A stretch of DNA of 64,000 nucleotides from an uncultured Massilia sp. (GCA_913777025.1 CAJYQM010000090.1:5800-69799), one strand, 5' to 3'. Shown: positions 52,707-63,644, counted from the first letter of the stretch. The notes: generated by a model from the sequence alone, not told the origin. Numbers and translations: made by a program.

Positions 52707-54509
52707 ATGAGCCTTTCTCCCACCCTTTCGCCCCGCGAAGCCGACAGGCTCGGTGTCCTGCACAGGCTGGATCTGCTCGACACGCCGCCGAGCGCCTCCT
52801 TCGACCGCATCACCCGCATGGCCTCCCAGCTGTTCGGCCTGCCGCTGGCGGCGGTGTCGCTGACCGACGTCAACCGCCAGTGGTTCAAGTCGCGGGTCGG
52901 TATCGTGGAAGCGTCCTTGCCGCGCCTGAAAGCACCCTGCGCCCGCATCGCGGAAACGGGCGAAATGCTGGTCGTGAACGACCTGCGGGCCGACGAGGGC
53001 TATGCCGACAGCCCGCTGGCTGACGCCGGCGTGCGCTTCTACGCGGGCGCGCCCCTGGTCACGAGCGGCGGCTATTGCCTGGGTTCGATGTGCGTGCTCG
53101 GGCTCGAGCCGCGTGCCGTCAGCGACGCCGAGTGCGCGGCGCTGCGCGACATGGCGGACATGGTGATGGCGCAGATCGAGCTGCAGCATGCGCTGGGACG
53201 CGTCGATCCGGCCAGCGGGCTGCCGAACCGCACCCAGTTCATCGACGACTTCAAGGACATGACGGCGGACCGCCCGGCGGGCGAGGCGCGCGTGGCGGCG
53301 CTGCTGAACCTGGCCAGCCCCGAGCAGCTCAGCAGCGCGCTGCGGGTGATGGGCGCGTCCTACCTCGACGAAATCGTCGGCGAGGCGGTGCGCATGCTGG
53401 CCGAAACCATCGGCGCCGACAGCACGGTGTACCACGTCACGCCGACAGAGTTCGTGTACGTGGCGCCGTCGGGCACCGGTGTCGAGGCCTTCTGCGCCAG
53501 CATGGAGCGCTGGCTGGCGCGGCGCGCGGCCTCGGTGACCTCGCGCTTCGTGACCACCGCGCGCATCGGCGTGGCGCCCTTCGTCATCGGCGAGACCGGT
53601 TCCGCCGACCTGCTGCGCAACCTGCACTCGGCCGCCCAGCATGCCTCCGACGAGGACCGCGGCGTGTGCGTGTTCTCGCAGGAGCAGGATGCCGTGTACC
53701 GGCGCAGCTTCTGGCTGATCAACGAGTTCGGCGCCGCGCTCGACCACGCGGCCGGCAGCCCCGCCGCCCAGCTGCGCCTGGTGTTCCAGCCGAAGATCGA
53801 CCTGGCCAGCGGCGCCTGCATCGGCGCCGAAGCGCTGCTGCGCTGGACCCATCCGGCCTTCGGCGAAGTCTCGCCGGGCGAATTCATCCCGATCATCGAG
53901 CGCACCTCGATGGTCCGCGCCACCACCGACTGGGTCCTGGCCGGCGCGATGCGCCAGCTGGCGCAGTGGCGCGCCGAAGGGCTGGCACTGCAGCTGGCGG
54001 TGAACGTCTCGGCCGCCAACCTGCTGGAGCCGGACTTTTGCGAGCGCATCGTCGGCGACCTGGGACGCCACGGCCTGCCGCCCTCGAGCCTGTCGCTGGA
54101 AATCACGGAAAGCGCGCTGATGAAGAACCCGAAGCTGGCGCAGGCCACCCTGTGCGCGCTCGACGCCGCCGGCGTGCGCCTGGCGATCGACGACTTCGGC
54201 ACCGGCTACAGCAGCCTGGCCTACCTGCAAAGCCTGCCGGCCCAGGTGGTCAAGATCGACCAGAGCTTCATTCGCGGCATCGAAGGCGACGAGCGCAAGC
54301 GCGCGCTGGTCTCGGCCATGATCAAGCTGTCGCACGACCTGGGGCACCGCGTGGTGGCCGAGGGCGTCGAGACGGCGGATGTGGTGGACGTGCTGAAGGA
54401 CGTCGATTGCGACGAGGCGCAGGGTTACCTGTATGCGAGGCCGCTGGCGGCGCAGGCGTTCGCGCAGTGGCTGGCGGGGCAGGGGGGCGAGGTGGCGAAG
54501 GCGGCTTGA
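52707..54509 (+). CDS. GAF-degenerate GGDEF-EAL c-di-GMP phosphodiesterase, copy 2
   Basis: Colinear paralog of the upstream gene; all EAL motifs intact; TPTEF in place of GGDEF. Confidence 0.9.
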   Translation: MSLSPTLSPREADRLGVLHRLDLLDTPPSASFDRITRMASQLFGLPLAAVSLTDVNRQWFKSRVGIVEASLPRLKAPCARIAETGEMLVVNDLRADEGYADSPLADAGVRFYAGAPLVTSGGYCLGSMCVLGLEPRAVSDAECAALRDMADMVMAQIELQHALGRVDPASGLPNRTQFIDDFKDMTADRPAGEARVAALLNLASPEQLSSALRVMGASYLDEIVGEAVRMLAETIGADSTVYHVTPTEFVYVAPSGTGVEAFCASMERWLARRAASVTSRFVTTARIGVAPFVIGETGSADLLRNLHSAAQHASDEDRGVCVFSQEQDAVYRRSFWLINEFGAALDHAAGSPAAQLRLVFQPKIDLASGACIGAEALLRWTHPAFGEVSPGEFIPIIERTSMVRATTDWVLAGAMRQLAQWRAEGLALQLAVNVSAANLLEPDFCERIVGDLGRHGLPPSSLSLEITESALMKNPKLAQATLCALDAAGVRLAIDDFGTGYSSLAYLQSLPAQVVKIDQSFIRGIEGDERKRALVSAMIKLSHDLGHRVVAEGVETADVVDVLKDVDCDEAQGYLYARPLAAQAFAQWLAGQGGEVAKAA

Positions 54510-54525
54510 GCGCCAGTTGCGAATA

Positions 54526-54564
54526 CGTCGTCCCCGCCCTGGCCGGGCGCCTTGGCGGGGACGA
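54526..54564. repeat. CGTC-type REP-derived hairpin between convergent genes
   Basis: TCGTCCCCGCC..GGCGGGGACGA. Confidence 0.7.
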
Positions 54565-54587
54565 GGTTGGTTACTGCTTCAGGCCGT

Positions 54588-55067
54588 TCAAGCCGCGGCG
54601 CGCGCCGCCGCCAGCAAGCCCATCTCTTCGGAGCCCAGCAGGCGGTCGATGTCCAGCAGGATCAGCATGCGCTCGCCCACCGTCCCCAGCCCGCGCAGGA
54701 ACTCGGTCGAGACGCTGGCACCCATGTCCGGCGCCGGCTTGATCTGGTCCGGGGTCAGGGTCACGACGTCGGACACGCTGTCGACCACCATGCCGATCGT
54801 GTGGCCGTTGATGTTCAGGACGATGACGACGGTGAACGCGTCGTATTTCGCTTCGCCGACCCTGAACTTGATGCGCATGTCGACGATCGGCACGATGATG
54901 CCGCGCAGGTTGATCACGCCTTTCAGGTATTCGGGCGCGCTGGCGATGCGGGTGACGGCGTCGTAGCCGCGGATTTCCTGGACTTTCAGGATGCTGATGG
55001 CGTATTCCTCGCCACCCAGCCGGAACGACAGCACTTCGCTCGTATCGTTGAAGAGTTCTTCAGCCAT
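54588..55067 (-). CDS. cheW: Chemotaxis coupling protein CheW (orphan)
   Basis: [42 protein letters not shown]. Confidence 0.95.
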   Translation of the reverse strand: MAEELFNDTSEVLSFRLGGEEYAISILKVQEIRGYDAVTRIASAPEYLKGVINLRGIIVPIVDMRIKFRVGEAKYDAFTVVIVLNINGHTIGMVVDSVSDVVTLTPDQIKPAPDMGASVSTEFLRGLGTVGERMLILLDIDRLLGSEEMGLLAAARAAA

Positions 55068-55197
55068 GTAAGCTCCTTGATCTTGTTGGATTTTGCCTTG
55101 AGGCAACACAACTGAAGATTACGGCATTTTTGCGTGCAACTCGATGGAGAAATGACAAGTTATCGCAAAAATGCCCTGCCCCTGTGGGGCTGGCACA

Positions 55198-56301
55198 TCA
55201 GACCGCGCTGGCCGTGTCGATGATGCCGCCGCCCAGGCAGACGTCGCCGTCGTACAGCACGGCCGACTGGCCCGGCGTGACCGCCCATTGCGGATCGGTG
55301 AACTGCAGCGTGAAGCGGTCCGGGCCCTGCGCCGCCACGGTGCAGGCGACGTCGGCCTGGCGGTAGCGGGTCTTGGCCGACAACGCCTGTGGGCTCGGCG
55401 GCTCGCCCGCGATCCAGCTGGCCTGGCCGGCGCCCAGCTCGGCGGACAGCAGCCACGGGTGGTCGTGACCCTGCACGATGTACAGGGTGTTGTTGGCGAT
55501 GTCCTTGCGCGCCACGAACCACGGCTCGCTGGTGCCGTCCGCGTTCTTGTGCGACTTCAGGCCGCCGATGCCGATGCCCTTCCTCTGGCCCAGCGTGTAG
55601 AACGACAGGCCGACGTGTTCGCCGACCGTCTGGCCGTTGTCCAGCTTGATCGGGCCCGGCTTGTGCGACAGGTAGCGGCCCAGGAATTCGCGGAACGGGC
55701 GCTCGCCGATGAAGCAGATGCCGGTCGAATCCTTTTTCGCCGCGTTCGGCAGCTGCAGCTTCTCGGCGATCTTGCGTACTTCCGTCTTGGCGATCTCGCC
55801 CAGCGGGAACAGCGACTTCGAGAGCTGCGCCTGGTTCAGGCGGTGCAGGAAGTAGCTCTGGTCCTTGGTCGAGTCCAGGGCCTTGAGCAATTCGAACTTC
55901 TCGCCGTTCTGGCGCACGCGCGCGTAGTGGCCGGTCGCGATCAGGTCGGCGCCCAGCTTCATCGCGTGGTCGAGGAAGGCCTTGAACTTGATCTCGGCGT
56001 TGCACAGCACGTCCGGGTTCGGCGTGCGGCCGGCGTGGTACTCGCGCAGGAATTCCGCGAACACGCGGTCCTTGTACTCGGCGGCGAAGTTGACGGCCTC
56101 GATGTCCACGCCGACCACGTCGGCCACGCTGGCCGCGTCGATCCAGTCCTGGCGCGTGGAACAGTATTCGGAATCGTCGTCGTCTTCCCAGTTCTTCATG
56201 AACAGGCCGATGACTTCATAGCCCTGTTCCTTCAACATCCAGGCCGCGACCGAGGAGTCGACGCCGCCCGACATCCCGATCACGACTTTCTTTTTGCTCA
56301 T
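55198..56301 (-). CDS. mnmA: tRNA 2-thiouridine(34) synthase
   Basis: [38 protein letters not shown]. Confidence 0.98.
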   Translation of the reverse strand: MSKKKVVIGMSGGVDSSVAAWMLKEQGYEVIGLFMKNWEDDDDSEYCSTRQDWIDAASVADVVGVDIEAVNFAAEYKDRVFAEFLREYHAGRTPNPDVLCNAEIKFKAFLDHAMKLGADLIATGHYARVRQNGEKFELLKALDSTKDQSYFLHRLNQAQLSKSLFPLGEIAKTEVRKIAEKLQLPNAAKKDSTGICFIGERPFREFLGRYLSHKPGPIKLDNGQTVGEHVGLSFYTLGQRKGIGIGGLKSHKNADGTSEPWFVARKDIANNTLYIVQGHDHPWLLSAELGAGQASWIAGEPPSPQALSAKTRYRQADVACTVAAQGPDRFTLQFTDPQWAVTPGQSAVLYDGDVCLGGGIIDTASAV

Positions 56302-56302
56302 T

Positions 56303-56806
56303 TCAGGTTACGTCCGGTTTGATGGCCAGACCGCCCTCGAAGACGGTATGGTCGGTGTACAGCAGGTCCAGGGAGGTGCGCTTGCCGGCCAGGTAGTCGT
56401 CCACGCATTTCAGCACGATCGGGCTGCGGTGGCGTTCCCGGCAGGCCGCCAGCTCGTCGCGCGTCATCCACAGGGTACGCAGGATGCCGTGGTCGAGCGG
56501 CTGGTCGAACTGCCTGCCGGCCTTGCCGCAGAAGGTGAAGCGCAGGTAGGTCACGTCGGTATTGCGCGACTTCGAGTGGTAGCGCGACATGTACATGCCG
56601 ACCAGCGCTTCGGGGATGAATTCGTGGGCCGTCTCTTCCAGCGCCTCGCGCACCACCGCCTGTTCGAGCGATTCGTGGGGATCGAGGTGGCCGGCCGGCT
56701 GGTTCAGCCGGATACCGTCGCTGGTCTCTTCTTCGATCAGCAGGAAGCGTCCATCGCGTTCGATGATCGCGGCAACAGTGACTGACGGTCTGAAGGTATG
56801 GGTCAT
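56303..56806 (-). CDS. nudJ: NUDIX hydrolase (NudJ-like)
   Basis: NQPAGHL..REALEET Nudix box; directly upstream of mnmA. Confidence 0.85.
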   Translation of the reverse strand: MTHTFRPSVTVAAIIERDGRFLLIEEETSDGIRLNQPAGHLDPHESLEQAVVREALEETAHEFIPEALVGMYMSRYHSKSRNTDVTYLRFTFCGKAGRQFDQPLDHGILRTLWMTRDELAACRERHRSPIVLKCVDDYLAGKRTSLDLLYTDHTVFEGGLAIKPDVT

Positions 56807-57053
56807 GCGCGTCCTTGGAAATGAGCCGACATTCTACCTTGATGGAACATGCGTTGCTCGCACGCACGCTGCGGCGCAACAGTTCCAGTCGGGTTCGAAC
56901 GTTGATCTGATACAAAAAATACGGGGATATCCCTAGGTGTGTAACACGTCAAATATCAAAATGGCCAGTCTGTTTACAAAAAACCACTAAGCCGTATTGA
57001 CGGCAGATTTACGTGCTAGATTGTGTACAGTTTATCAATTTTACGGGGGCATC

Positions 57054-58175
57054 ATGAAAATCGGTGTGCCGGCAGAGTCGAGACCCGGCGAGACGCGCGT
57101 CGCAGCAACGCCTGAAACCGTAAAAAAGCTGGCCGCCAGCCATGAGATCGTCGTGGAATCCGGCGCCGGCCTGCATGCCTCTGTGCCCGACGACGCCTAC
57201 CTGGCCGCCGGTGCCGCCATCGGTACCGCGGCCGACGCGCTGGGCGCCGACCTGGTGCTCAAGGTGCGCGCCCCGGTGGCCGAGGAGCGTGCGCTCATGA
57301 AGCCCGGTGCGGCGCTGGTCGGCATGCTCAACCCTTTCGATGCCGACAACCTGGCGGCCATGGCCGAACGCCGCCTGAGTGCGTTCGCGCTGGAGGCGGC
57401 GCCGCGCATCACGCGCGCGCAATCGATGGACGTGCTGTCCTCGCAGGCCAACATCGCCGGTTATAAAGCCGTGATCATGGCCGCCAACGCCTACGGGCGC
57501 TTCATGCCGATGCTGATGACGGCCGCCGGCACGGTCAAGGCGGCACGCGTGCTGATCATGGGCGTGGGCGTGGCCGGCCTGCAGGCGATCGCCACCGCCA
57601 AGCGCCTGGGCGCCGTCATCGAAGCCTCGGACGTGCGGCCGCCGGTCAAGGAGCAGGTCGAGTCGCTCGGTGCCAAGTTCATCGACGTGCCTTTCCTCAC
57701 CGACGAGGAACGCGAGATCGCGAAAGGCGCCGGCGGCTATGCGCGGCCGATGCCGGCTGACTGGATGCGGCGCCAGGCCGAACTCGTGCACGAGCGCGCG
57801 AAACTCGCCGACATCATCGTCACCACCGCGCTGATCCCGGGCCGCAAGGCGCCGGTGCTGATCTCCGAGGACACCGTACGCGCGATGAAACCGGGCTCCG
57901 TCATCGTCGACCTGGCGATCGAGCAGGGCGGCAATTGTCCGCTGACGGAGCTCGGCAAGACCGTGGTCAAGCACGGCGTCACCCTGATCGGGGAACCGAA
58001 CCTGCCGGCGCTGGTGGCGGCCGACGCGTCCAGCCTGTACGCGCGCAACGTGCTCGACTTCCTGAAGCTGATCGTCGACAAGGAAGGCCGGCTGGTGATC
58101 GACCGCGAGGACGAGATCGTGCGAGCGGTGCTGGTCTGCATGGATGGCCAGGTACTGCGCAACGAACGCACATAA
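57054..58175 (+). CDS. pntAA: NAD(P) transhydrogenase alpha subunit part 1
   Basis: ETRVAATP, RITRAQSMDVLSSQANIAGY, GVGVAGLQA, TALIPG. Confidence 0.95.
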   Translation: MKIGVPAESRPGETRVAATPETVKKLAASHEIVVESGAGLHASVPDDAYLAAGAAIGTAADALGADLVLKVRAPVAEERALMKPGAALVGMLNPFDADNLAAMAERRLSAFALEAAPRITRAQSMDVLSSQANIAGYKAVIMAANAYGRFMPMLMTAAGTVKAARVLIMGVGVAGLQAIATAKRLGAVIEASDVRPPVKEQVESLGAKFIDVPFLTDEEREIAKGAGGYARPMPADWMRRQAELVHERAKLADIIVTTALIPGRKAPVLISEDTVRAMKPGSVIVDLAIEQGGNCPLTELGKTVVKHGVTLIGEPNLPALVAADASSLYARNVLDFLKLIVDKEGRLVIDREDEIVRAVLVCMDGQVLRNERT

Positions 58176-58196
58176 CGATACGAGGAGGGGACGAGC

Positions 58197-58559
58197 ATGG
58201 AAATCAGCCATACCATCATCAACCTGATCATCTTCGTGCTGGCGATCTACGTCGGCTACCACGTGGTCTGGACCGTCACGCCCGCGCTGCACACGCCGCT
58301 GATGGCGGTGACCAACGCGGTGTCGGCCATCATCATCGTCGGCGCGATGCTGGCGGCCGGGCTCACCGAGGGCATCACCGGCAAGGTGGCGGGCACCCTC
58401 GCGGTGGCGCTGGCGGCCGTGAACGTGTTCGGCGGCTTCCTGGTGACCCAGCGCATGCTGGAGATGTTCAAGAAGAAGGCGCCCAAGCCGCCGTCGAAAG
58501 GCGCCGATACGCAGGCCGGCGCCGCGCTGGATGCCGCCAAGGCCAGGGAGGCAGCATGA
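58197..58559 (+). CDS. pntAB: NAD(P) transhydrogenase alpha subunit part 2
   Basis: VTPALHTPLMAVTNA, NVFGGFLVTQRMLEMF. Confidence 0.95.
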   Translation: MEISHTIINLIIFVLAIYVGYHVVWTVTPALHTPLMAVTNAVSAIIIVGAMLAAGLTEGITGKVAGTLAVALAAVNVFGGFLVTQRMLEMFKKKAPKPPSKGADTQAGAALDAAKAREAA

Positions 58560-60013
58560 ACGCCATCAGCATGAACATGGTCACGCTGTTGTACCTGGTG
58601 GCCTCGGTGTGCTTCATCCAGGCTTTGAAAGGCTTGTCCTCGCCCTCGTCGGCGCGCATGGGCAATGTGTTCGGCATGAGCGGGATGGCCATCGCGGTCC
58701 TGACCACGATCGCGCTGATGTTCAAGCTGAAGGAGCAGATCGGCAGCGGTGGCATGGGTTTTGGACTGGTGCTGCTGGGCGTGGTGGTCGGCGGCGCGAT
58801 CGGCGCGGTGGCGGCGCGCCGGGTCGAGATGACCAAGATGCCGGAACTGGTGGCGGCCATGCACTCGCTGATCGGCCTGGCGGCCGTGTGCATCGCGGTG
58901 GCCGCCGTGTCCGAACCCTGGGCCTTCAACATCGCCGAGCGCGGCGCGGCGCTCCCCTTCGGCAACCGGCTCGAACTCTTCATCGGCACCTTTGTCGGCG
59001 CCGTCACCTTTTCCGGCTCCGTGATCGCCTTCGGCAAGCTGGCCGGCAAGTACAAATTCCGGCTGTTCCAGGGCGCGCCGGTGCGCTACCCGGGCCAGCA
59101 CATCATCAACCTGCTGGTCGCCATCGCCATCGTGGCGCTGGGCCTGGTGTTCTGCTTTTCCGACGGCACCGCACCGGCGTGGACGCCCTACATCGTGATG
59201 GCCGTGCTGTCGTTCGCGCTGGGCGTACTCATCATCATCCCGATCGGCGGCGCCGACATGCCGGTGGTGGTGTCGATGCTGAACTCCTATTCCGGCTGGG
59301 CAGCGGCCGGCATCGGCTTCTCGCTGAACAACTCGATGCTGATCATCGCCGGCTCGCTGGTGGGCTCCTCCGGCGCGATCCTGTCTTACATCATGTGCAA
59401 GGCGATGAACCGCTCCTTCTTCAACGTGATCCTGGGCGGCTTCGGCGGCGAGGCTGCCGATACCGGCGGCGGCGCGGCGAAGGAGCAGCGCCCGGTCAAG
59501 TCCGGTTCGCCGGAAGACGCCGCCTTCATCCTGCAGAACGCGGAATCGGTGATCATCGTCCCCGGCTATGGCCTGGCGGTGGCGCGCGCCCAGCACACCG
59601 TCAAGGAGCTGGTCGACAAGCTGACCGCCCACGGCGTGTCGGTGCGCTACGCGATCCACCCGGTGGCCGGGCGCATGCCGGGCCACATGAACGTGCTGCT
59701 GGCCGAGGCCGAGGTGCCCTACGACCAGGTGGCGGAAATGGAAGACATCAACGGCGAATTCGGGCAGACCGACGTGGTGCTGGTGCTGGGCGCGAACGAC
59801 GTGGTGAACCCGGCGGCCAAGGACCCGAAGTCGCCGATCGCGGGGATGCCGATCCTGGAGGCCTACAAGGCCAAGAGCATCATCGTCAACAAGCGCTCGA
59901 TGGCCTCGGGCTATGCGGGGCTGGACAACGACCTGTTCTACCAGCCGAACACGATGATGGTATTTGGCGATGCGAAGAAGGTGATCGAGGCTATGGTGAA
60001 AGCGGTGGAGTGA
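58556..60013 (+). CDS. pntB: NAD(P) transhydrogenase beta subunit
   Basis: GGADMPVVVSMLNSYSG, HPVAGRMPGHMNVLLAEA, GANDVVNP. Confidence 0.96.
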   Translation: MNAISMNMVTLLYLVASVCFIQALKGLSSPSSARMGNVFGMSGMAIAVLTTIALMFKLKEQIGSGGMGFGLVLLGVVVGGAIGAVAARRVEMTKMPELVAAMHSLIGLAAVCIAVAAVSEPWAFNIAERGAALPFGNRLELFIGTFVGAVTFSGSVIAFGKLAGKYKFRLFQGAPVRYPGQHIINLLVAIAIVALGLVFCFSDGTAPAWTPYIVMAVLSFALGVLIIIPIGGADMPVVVSMLNSYSGWAAAGIGFSLNNSMLIIAGSLVGSSGAILSYIMCKAMNRSFFNVILGGFGGEAADTGGGAAKEQRPVKSGSPEDAAFILQNAESVIIVPGYGLAVARAQHTVKELVDKLTAHGVSVRYAIHPVAGRMPGHMNVLLAEAEVPYDQVAEMEDINGEFGQTDVVLVLGANDVVNPAAKDPKSPIAGMPILEAYKAKSIIVNKRSMASGYAGLDNDLFYQPNTMMVFGDAKKVIEAMVKAVE

Positions 60014-60233
60014 CACGGATGCCGTTGAGCGCATGGACAGCTTGCTAACACACGCTCAAGGCTTCGAGCGCCAGTCATTAATTGAATCAAGGATAAAATA
60101 GTGCTTTAAAAGCAACATCTGTTACATTTGGAGAGCTTCTGCGGACTTTTTTTGAGCATAATCATATGCGTATTGGGTAAGCAAATGCGCCATGCTTGTT
60201 GCCGCATATTCATAGAAGTCCATGTAATCATCC

Positions 60234-61523
60234 TTGTTTCGACCTGAAGTACTTGAAGCCGAGTCCAATCAATGGCTCGGGACCGTACGGCTTGCCCAAC
60301 CAATTTCGATCTGGCTGATTGTCTGTGTTTCAGGCCTTCTGGCCACCAGCTTGATTGCATATATAGCGCTCGGCAATATCACGCGAAAAGCACATGTGAC
60401 AGGTATAACTGTCCCTATCGCTGGGACCCTGACCATTGCCGTCCCGGCGACCGCGATTCTTAAAAGCGCATTCGTCAAGGAAGGACAAAAAGTATCCAAA
60501 GGGCAGATCCTTTTCGAACTGTCCACGGAACGCATGAGCGATAGAGGAGAACTGACAAAGCTGGTTGCAGCTCAACTGGCAAGCCGTCAACAAACGTTGG
60601 AGTCCGAGCGTGGAACGAAAAATGATCAATACAGGGACAAAAAGCGGGCCTTGGCGGAACGCAGGAATAATAGCGAAGCCGAGCTGACACAACTGGAGCA
60701 GGAAATAAGACTTGCCGAGTATCGGGAAAAACTGGCCGAACAAAGTGTTGATAAATACAAAGTACTTGAGAAGGGTGGATTTGTATCATCGGCGCAGTCT
60801 CAACAGAAAGAAGAGGACCTGATCGACATTCGCTCCCGAATGATGTCCTTGAAACGTTCCAAGGTCCAGCTTGGGGCAAACCTGATTTCTCTTCAAGCAG
60901 AAGCACGAGATCTTGAAAGTAGTCACGCTTCTGAGCTGGCTCAACTAGATCTTTCGGAAGCAACGGTACGCCAGGAAATCGCTGAAAATGAAGGACGTAA
61001 GTCACTCTTCATCGTGTCCCCACAAGCCGGAATAATCTCGACAATTACTTATAGCCCGGGGCAGTCGGTCAGCGAGGGTCAGGTAATTGCAAACCTGATC
61101 CCGGAAGCGGGCAATGGCCAAGCCTCAGCCGACATCGAGGTGCATCTTTTCGTCCCGAGCCGAAACGCTGGTTTCATAGAGGTCGGCCAGCAGGTCAATA
61201 TTCGATACGAAGCCTTTCCGTTCGAAAAGTTCGGACTACAGGAAGGCATTGTAACTGCAGTTAGCACGACGCCTTTTGCACCTGCAGAATTGCCAAGCAA
61301 CTTAGCCAGTACCGTCCTCGGGAATGCACAAAAGGTGCAGGGTATGTCGGCATCGGAAGGGCTCTATCGCGTCAAAATCGGATTGCAGCGTCAGAGCGTG
61401 ACGGTATATGGCCGGGAGCAACGTCTTAAGCCAGGTATGACACTCGAAGCAGATATTGCGCAGGATTATCGCAAAATTTGGGAATGGGTAGCCGATCCTA
61501 TCTTGGCCGCGTGGCATCGATAG
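60234..61523 (+). CDS. HlyD/CvaA-like membrane fusion protein (start anomalous)
   Basis: LFRPEV..WLG N-terminus, TM helix, coiled coil, RYEAFPFEKFG, LKPGMTLEADI. Confidence 0.85.
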   Translation: MFRPEVLEAESNQWLGTVRLAQPISIWLIVCVSGLLATSLIAYIALGNITRKAHVTGITVPIAGTLTIAVPATAILKSAFVKEGQKVSKGQILFELSTERMSDRGELTKLVAAQLASRQQTLESERGTKNDQYRDKKRALAERRNNSEAELTQLEQEIRLAEYREKLAEQSVDKYKVLEKGGFVSSAQSQQKEEDLIDIRSRMMSLKRSKVQLGANLISLQAEARDLESSHASELAQLDLSEATVRQEIAENEGRKSLFIVSPQAGIISTITYSPGQSVSEGQVIANLIPEAGNGQASADIEVHLFVPSRNAGFIEVGQQVNIRYEAFPFEKFGLQEGIVTAVSTTPFAPAELPSNLASTVLGNAQKVQGMSASEGLYRVKIGLQRQSVTVYGREQRLKPGMTLEADIAQDYRKIWEWVADPILAAWHR

Positions 61524-61535
61524 GAAACAGAGACG

Positions 61536-63644
61536 ATGAAGACAATATTGCAATCCGAAGCAAGTGAGTGTGGGCTCGCGTGTCTCGCCATGATCGCTTC
61601 TTATCACGGACATCAGACCGATCTGCAGGAACTGAGAAAACTTTTCTCAATCAGCTTGAAAGGCGTCACATTGGCCCAGTTGATGCGCCATGCAGCCTCG
61701 CTGCAGTTCTCCTGCCGCTCATTGCGCCTGGAAATAGACGAGTTGCCTCAACTAACGCTGCCTTGTATTCTCCACTGGAACCTTAACCACTTTGTCGTGT
61801 TGACGAAGGTGACGAAGGCCATTAATGGCAAGATTTTTGCCCATATCATCGATCCAGCCGTAGGCGTGCGAAAAATCAGTGCGGCCGAAATTTCTCAGCG
61901 GTTCACGGGGGTCGCATTAGAACTCGTTCCGTCTCCAAAGTTCGTCACCAAAGCGCCCCCGCCCCGCATGCCTGTTACCGAACTGACCGGCAAGATTGTC
62001 GGGTTGCGCCGGGCGGCGTTCCAGCTGATCGTGCTGGCATTCGTGCTGGAGCTGTTTGCAATCGTAATGCCACTTTTCAATCAGTTTGTTACAGACGAGG
62101 TCATTGTCAGTGCCGACCGTGATTTGCTACGTCTGCTCGTCATCGGATTTGCCATCCTGATGCTTACACAGACCGCGATCAGCCTCGCACGCAGTTGGAT
62201 CCTGATGAGGTGGAGCATCGACATAGGTCTCCAGTGGACCAATCGTGTGTTTTCGCATTTGCTGAGGTTGCCAATCGCATTTTTCGAAAAGCGTCATCTC
62301 GGCGACATTACATCCCGGTTCGCCAGTATTGGCGCAATCCAAAGCACCCTTACCGGCCTGGTCATAGAAAGCGCTCTTGATGGGTTGATGGCTGTGCTTG
62401 CCTTGGCGATGATGCTACTCTACTCCTTAAAGCTCAGCGCCGTTGTAGCCGCAGGCTGTGCAAGTTATGTCGTACTGCGCCTGCTTGCCTATCACCCTTT
62501 CCGAGAAGCATCACAAGAAAAACTCGTTCTTTCTGCGAAGGAAAACAGCAACTTTATTGAAACTCTGCGTGCCGTTACCCCGTTAAAGTTGTATGGGCGT
62601 GAAGCAGAAAGACAGGGCCGATGGCTGAACTTGCGTCAGGACGTTATCAACCGCGATGTCAAGACGCAAAAAATGGGAATTATATTTAAGGTGAGCAATA
62701 CCTTAATTTCCGGATCGCTTTCGGTGGCGATGTTCTATATTGGAGCTGGTGATGTCATCGATCATGCTCTCACGATCGGTATGTTACTGGCGTTTAGTAG
62801 TTACGCAGCCACTTTCAGTAGCAGGTTTTTTAGTCTGATCGACACCATAATCGGTGTGCGGATGCTGCGCTTGCATACTGAACGACTATCTGAGATCGTA
62901 TTGGAATCTGCCGAGCCTGAAGTCGAGATGGAAACCGATCTTTCGCGTCTGGAGCCGAGCATCACATTGCAAAACGTGAAGTTTCGTTATGCGGACGGCG
63001 AGCCATGGATTTTAAATAGCATTAATCTTCATATACCTGCGGGACAATGCCTGGCTGTGATTGGCAGCAGCGGTTGCGGAAAATCCACATTGTGTAAGAT
63101 TCTGTTGGGTTTACTGATGCCCACAGAAGGTGAGGTATTGTTAGATGGCATACCAATACGGCAGATAGGTCTGCGCGCCTATCGGAATCTTGTCGGCACT
63201 GTGATGCAGGACGACATCCTCCTCTCAGGCTCAATCAATGACAACATCAGTTTTTATAGTGAAAGTGTCGATCATGCGAGGATAAGACATTGTGCGCAGC
63301 TCGCTGCCATACATGATCAAATCGCTGCAATGCCTATGGGTTACCAGACATTGTTGGGTGAAATGGGCGGTAATCTTTCAGGCGGGCAGAAGCAAAGAAT
63401 ACTGCTTGCCAGGGCCTTATATAAGAATCCGCGTATTCTGGCACTCGATGAAGCCACCAGTCACCTGGATGTCGCGAATGAGAAAAAGGTTGCCTGGGAA
63501 CTGAGTAAGCTTCGGTTGACGCGTATTATCGTGGCGCATAGGCCTGAGACCATTAATATGGCAGAGCGCGTGGTGGAAATGGCAGACGGGACAATACACG
63601 AGGTTCGGAATAACTCTGAGCGCACGGAGATGATGGCGGCTTGA
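61536..63644 (+). CDS. Peptidase C39-containing ABC exporter (CvaB/MchF-like PCAT)
   Basis: QSEASECGLACLAM, LHWNLNHFVVL, IIDP; Walker A GSSGCGKST, LSGGQKQR, LDEATS. Confidence 0.93.
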   Translation: MKTILQSEASECGLACLAMIASYHGHQTDLQELRKLFSISLKGVTLAQLMRHAASLQFSCRSLRLEIDELPQLTLPCILHWNLNHFVVLTKVTKAINGKIFAHIIDPAVGVRKISAAEISQRFTGVALELVPSPKFVTKAPPPRMPVTELTGKIVGLRRAAFQLIVLAFVLELFAIVMPLFNQFVTDEVIVSADRDLLRLLVIGFAILMLTQTAISLARSWILMRWSIDIGLQWTNRVFSHLLRLPIAFFEKRHLGDITSRFASIGAIQSTLTGLVIESALDGLMAVLALAMMLLYSLKLSAVVAAGCASYVVLRLLAYHPFREASQEKLVLSAKENSNFIETLRAVTPLKLYGREAERQGRWLNLRQDVINRDVKTQKMGIIFKVSNTLISGSLSVAMFYIGAGDVIDHALTIGMLLAFSSYAATFSSRFFSLIDTIIGVRMLRLHTERLSEIVLESAEPEVEMETDLSRLEPSITLQNVKFRYADGEPWILNSINLHIPAGQCLAVIGSSGCGKSTLCKILLGLLMPTEGEVLLDGIPIRQIGLRAYRNLVGTVMQDDILLSGSINDNISFYSESVDHARIRHCAQLAAIHDQIAAMPMGYQTLLGEMGGNLSGGQKQRILLARALYKNPRILALDEATSHLDVANEKKVAWELSKLRLTRIIVAHRPETINMAERVVEMADGTIHEVRNNSERTEMMAA

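Noticed and set aside
56807-57053. Short palindromes upstream of pntAA
   Set aside because: Too short and not matching any regulator motif I can support
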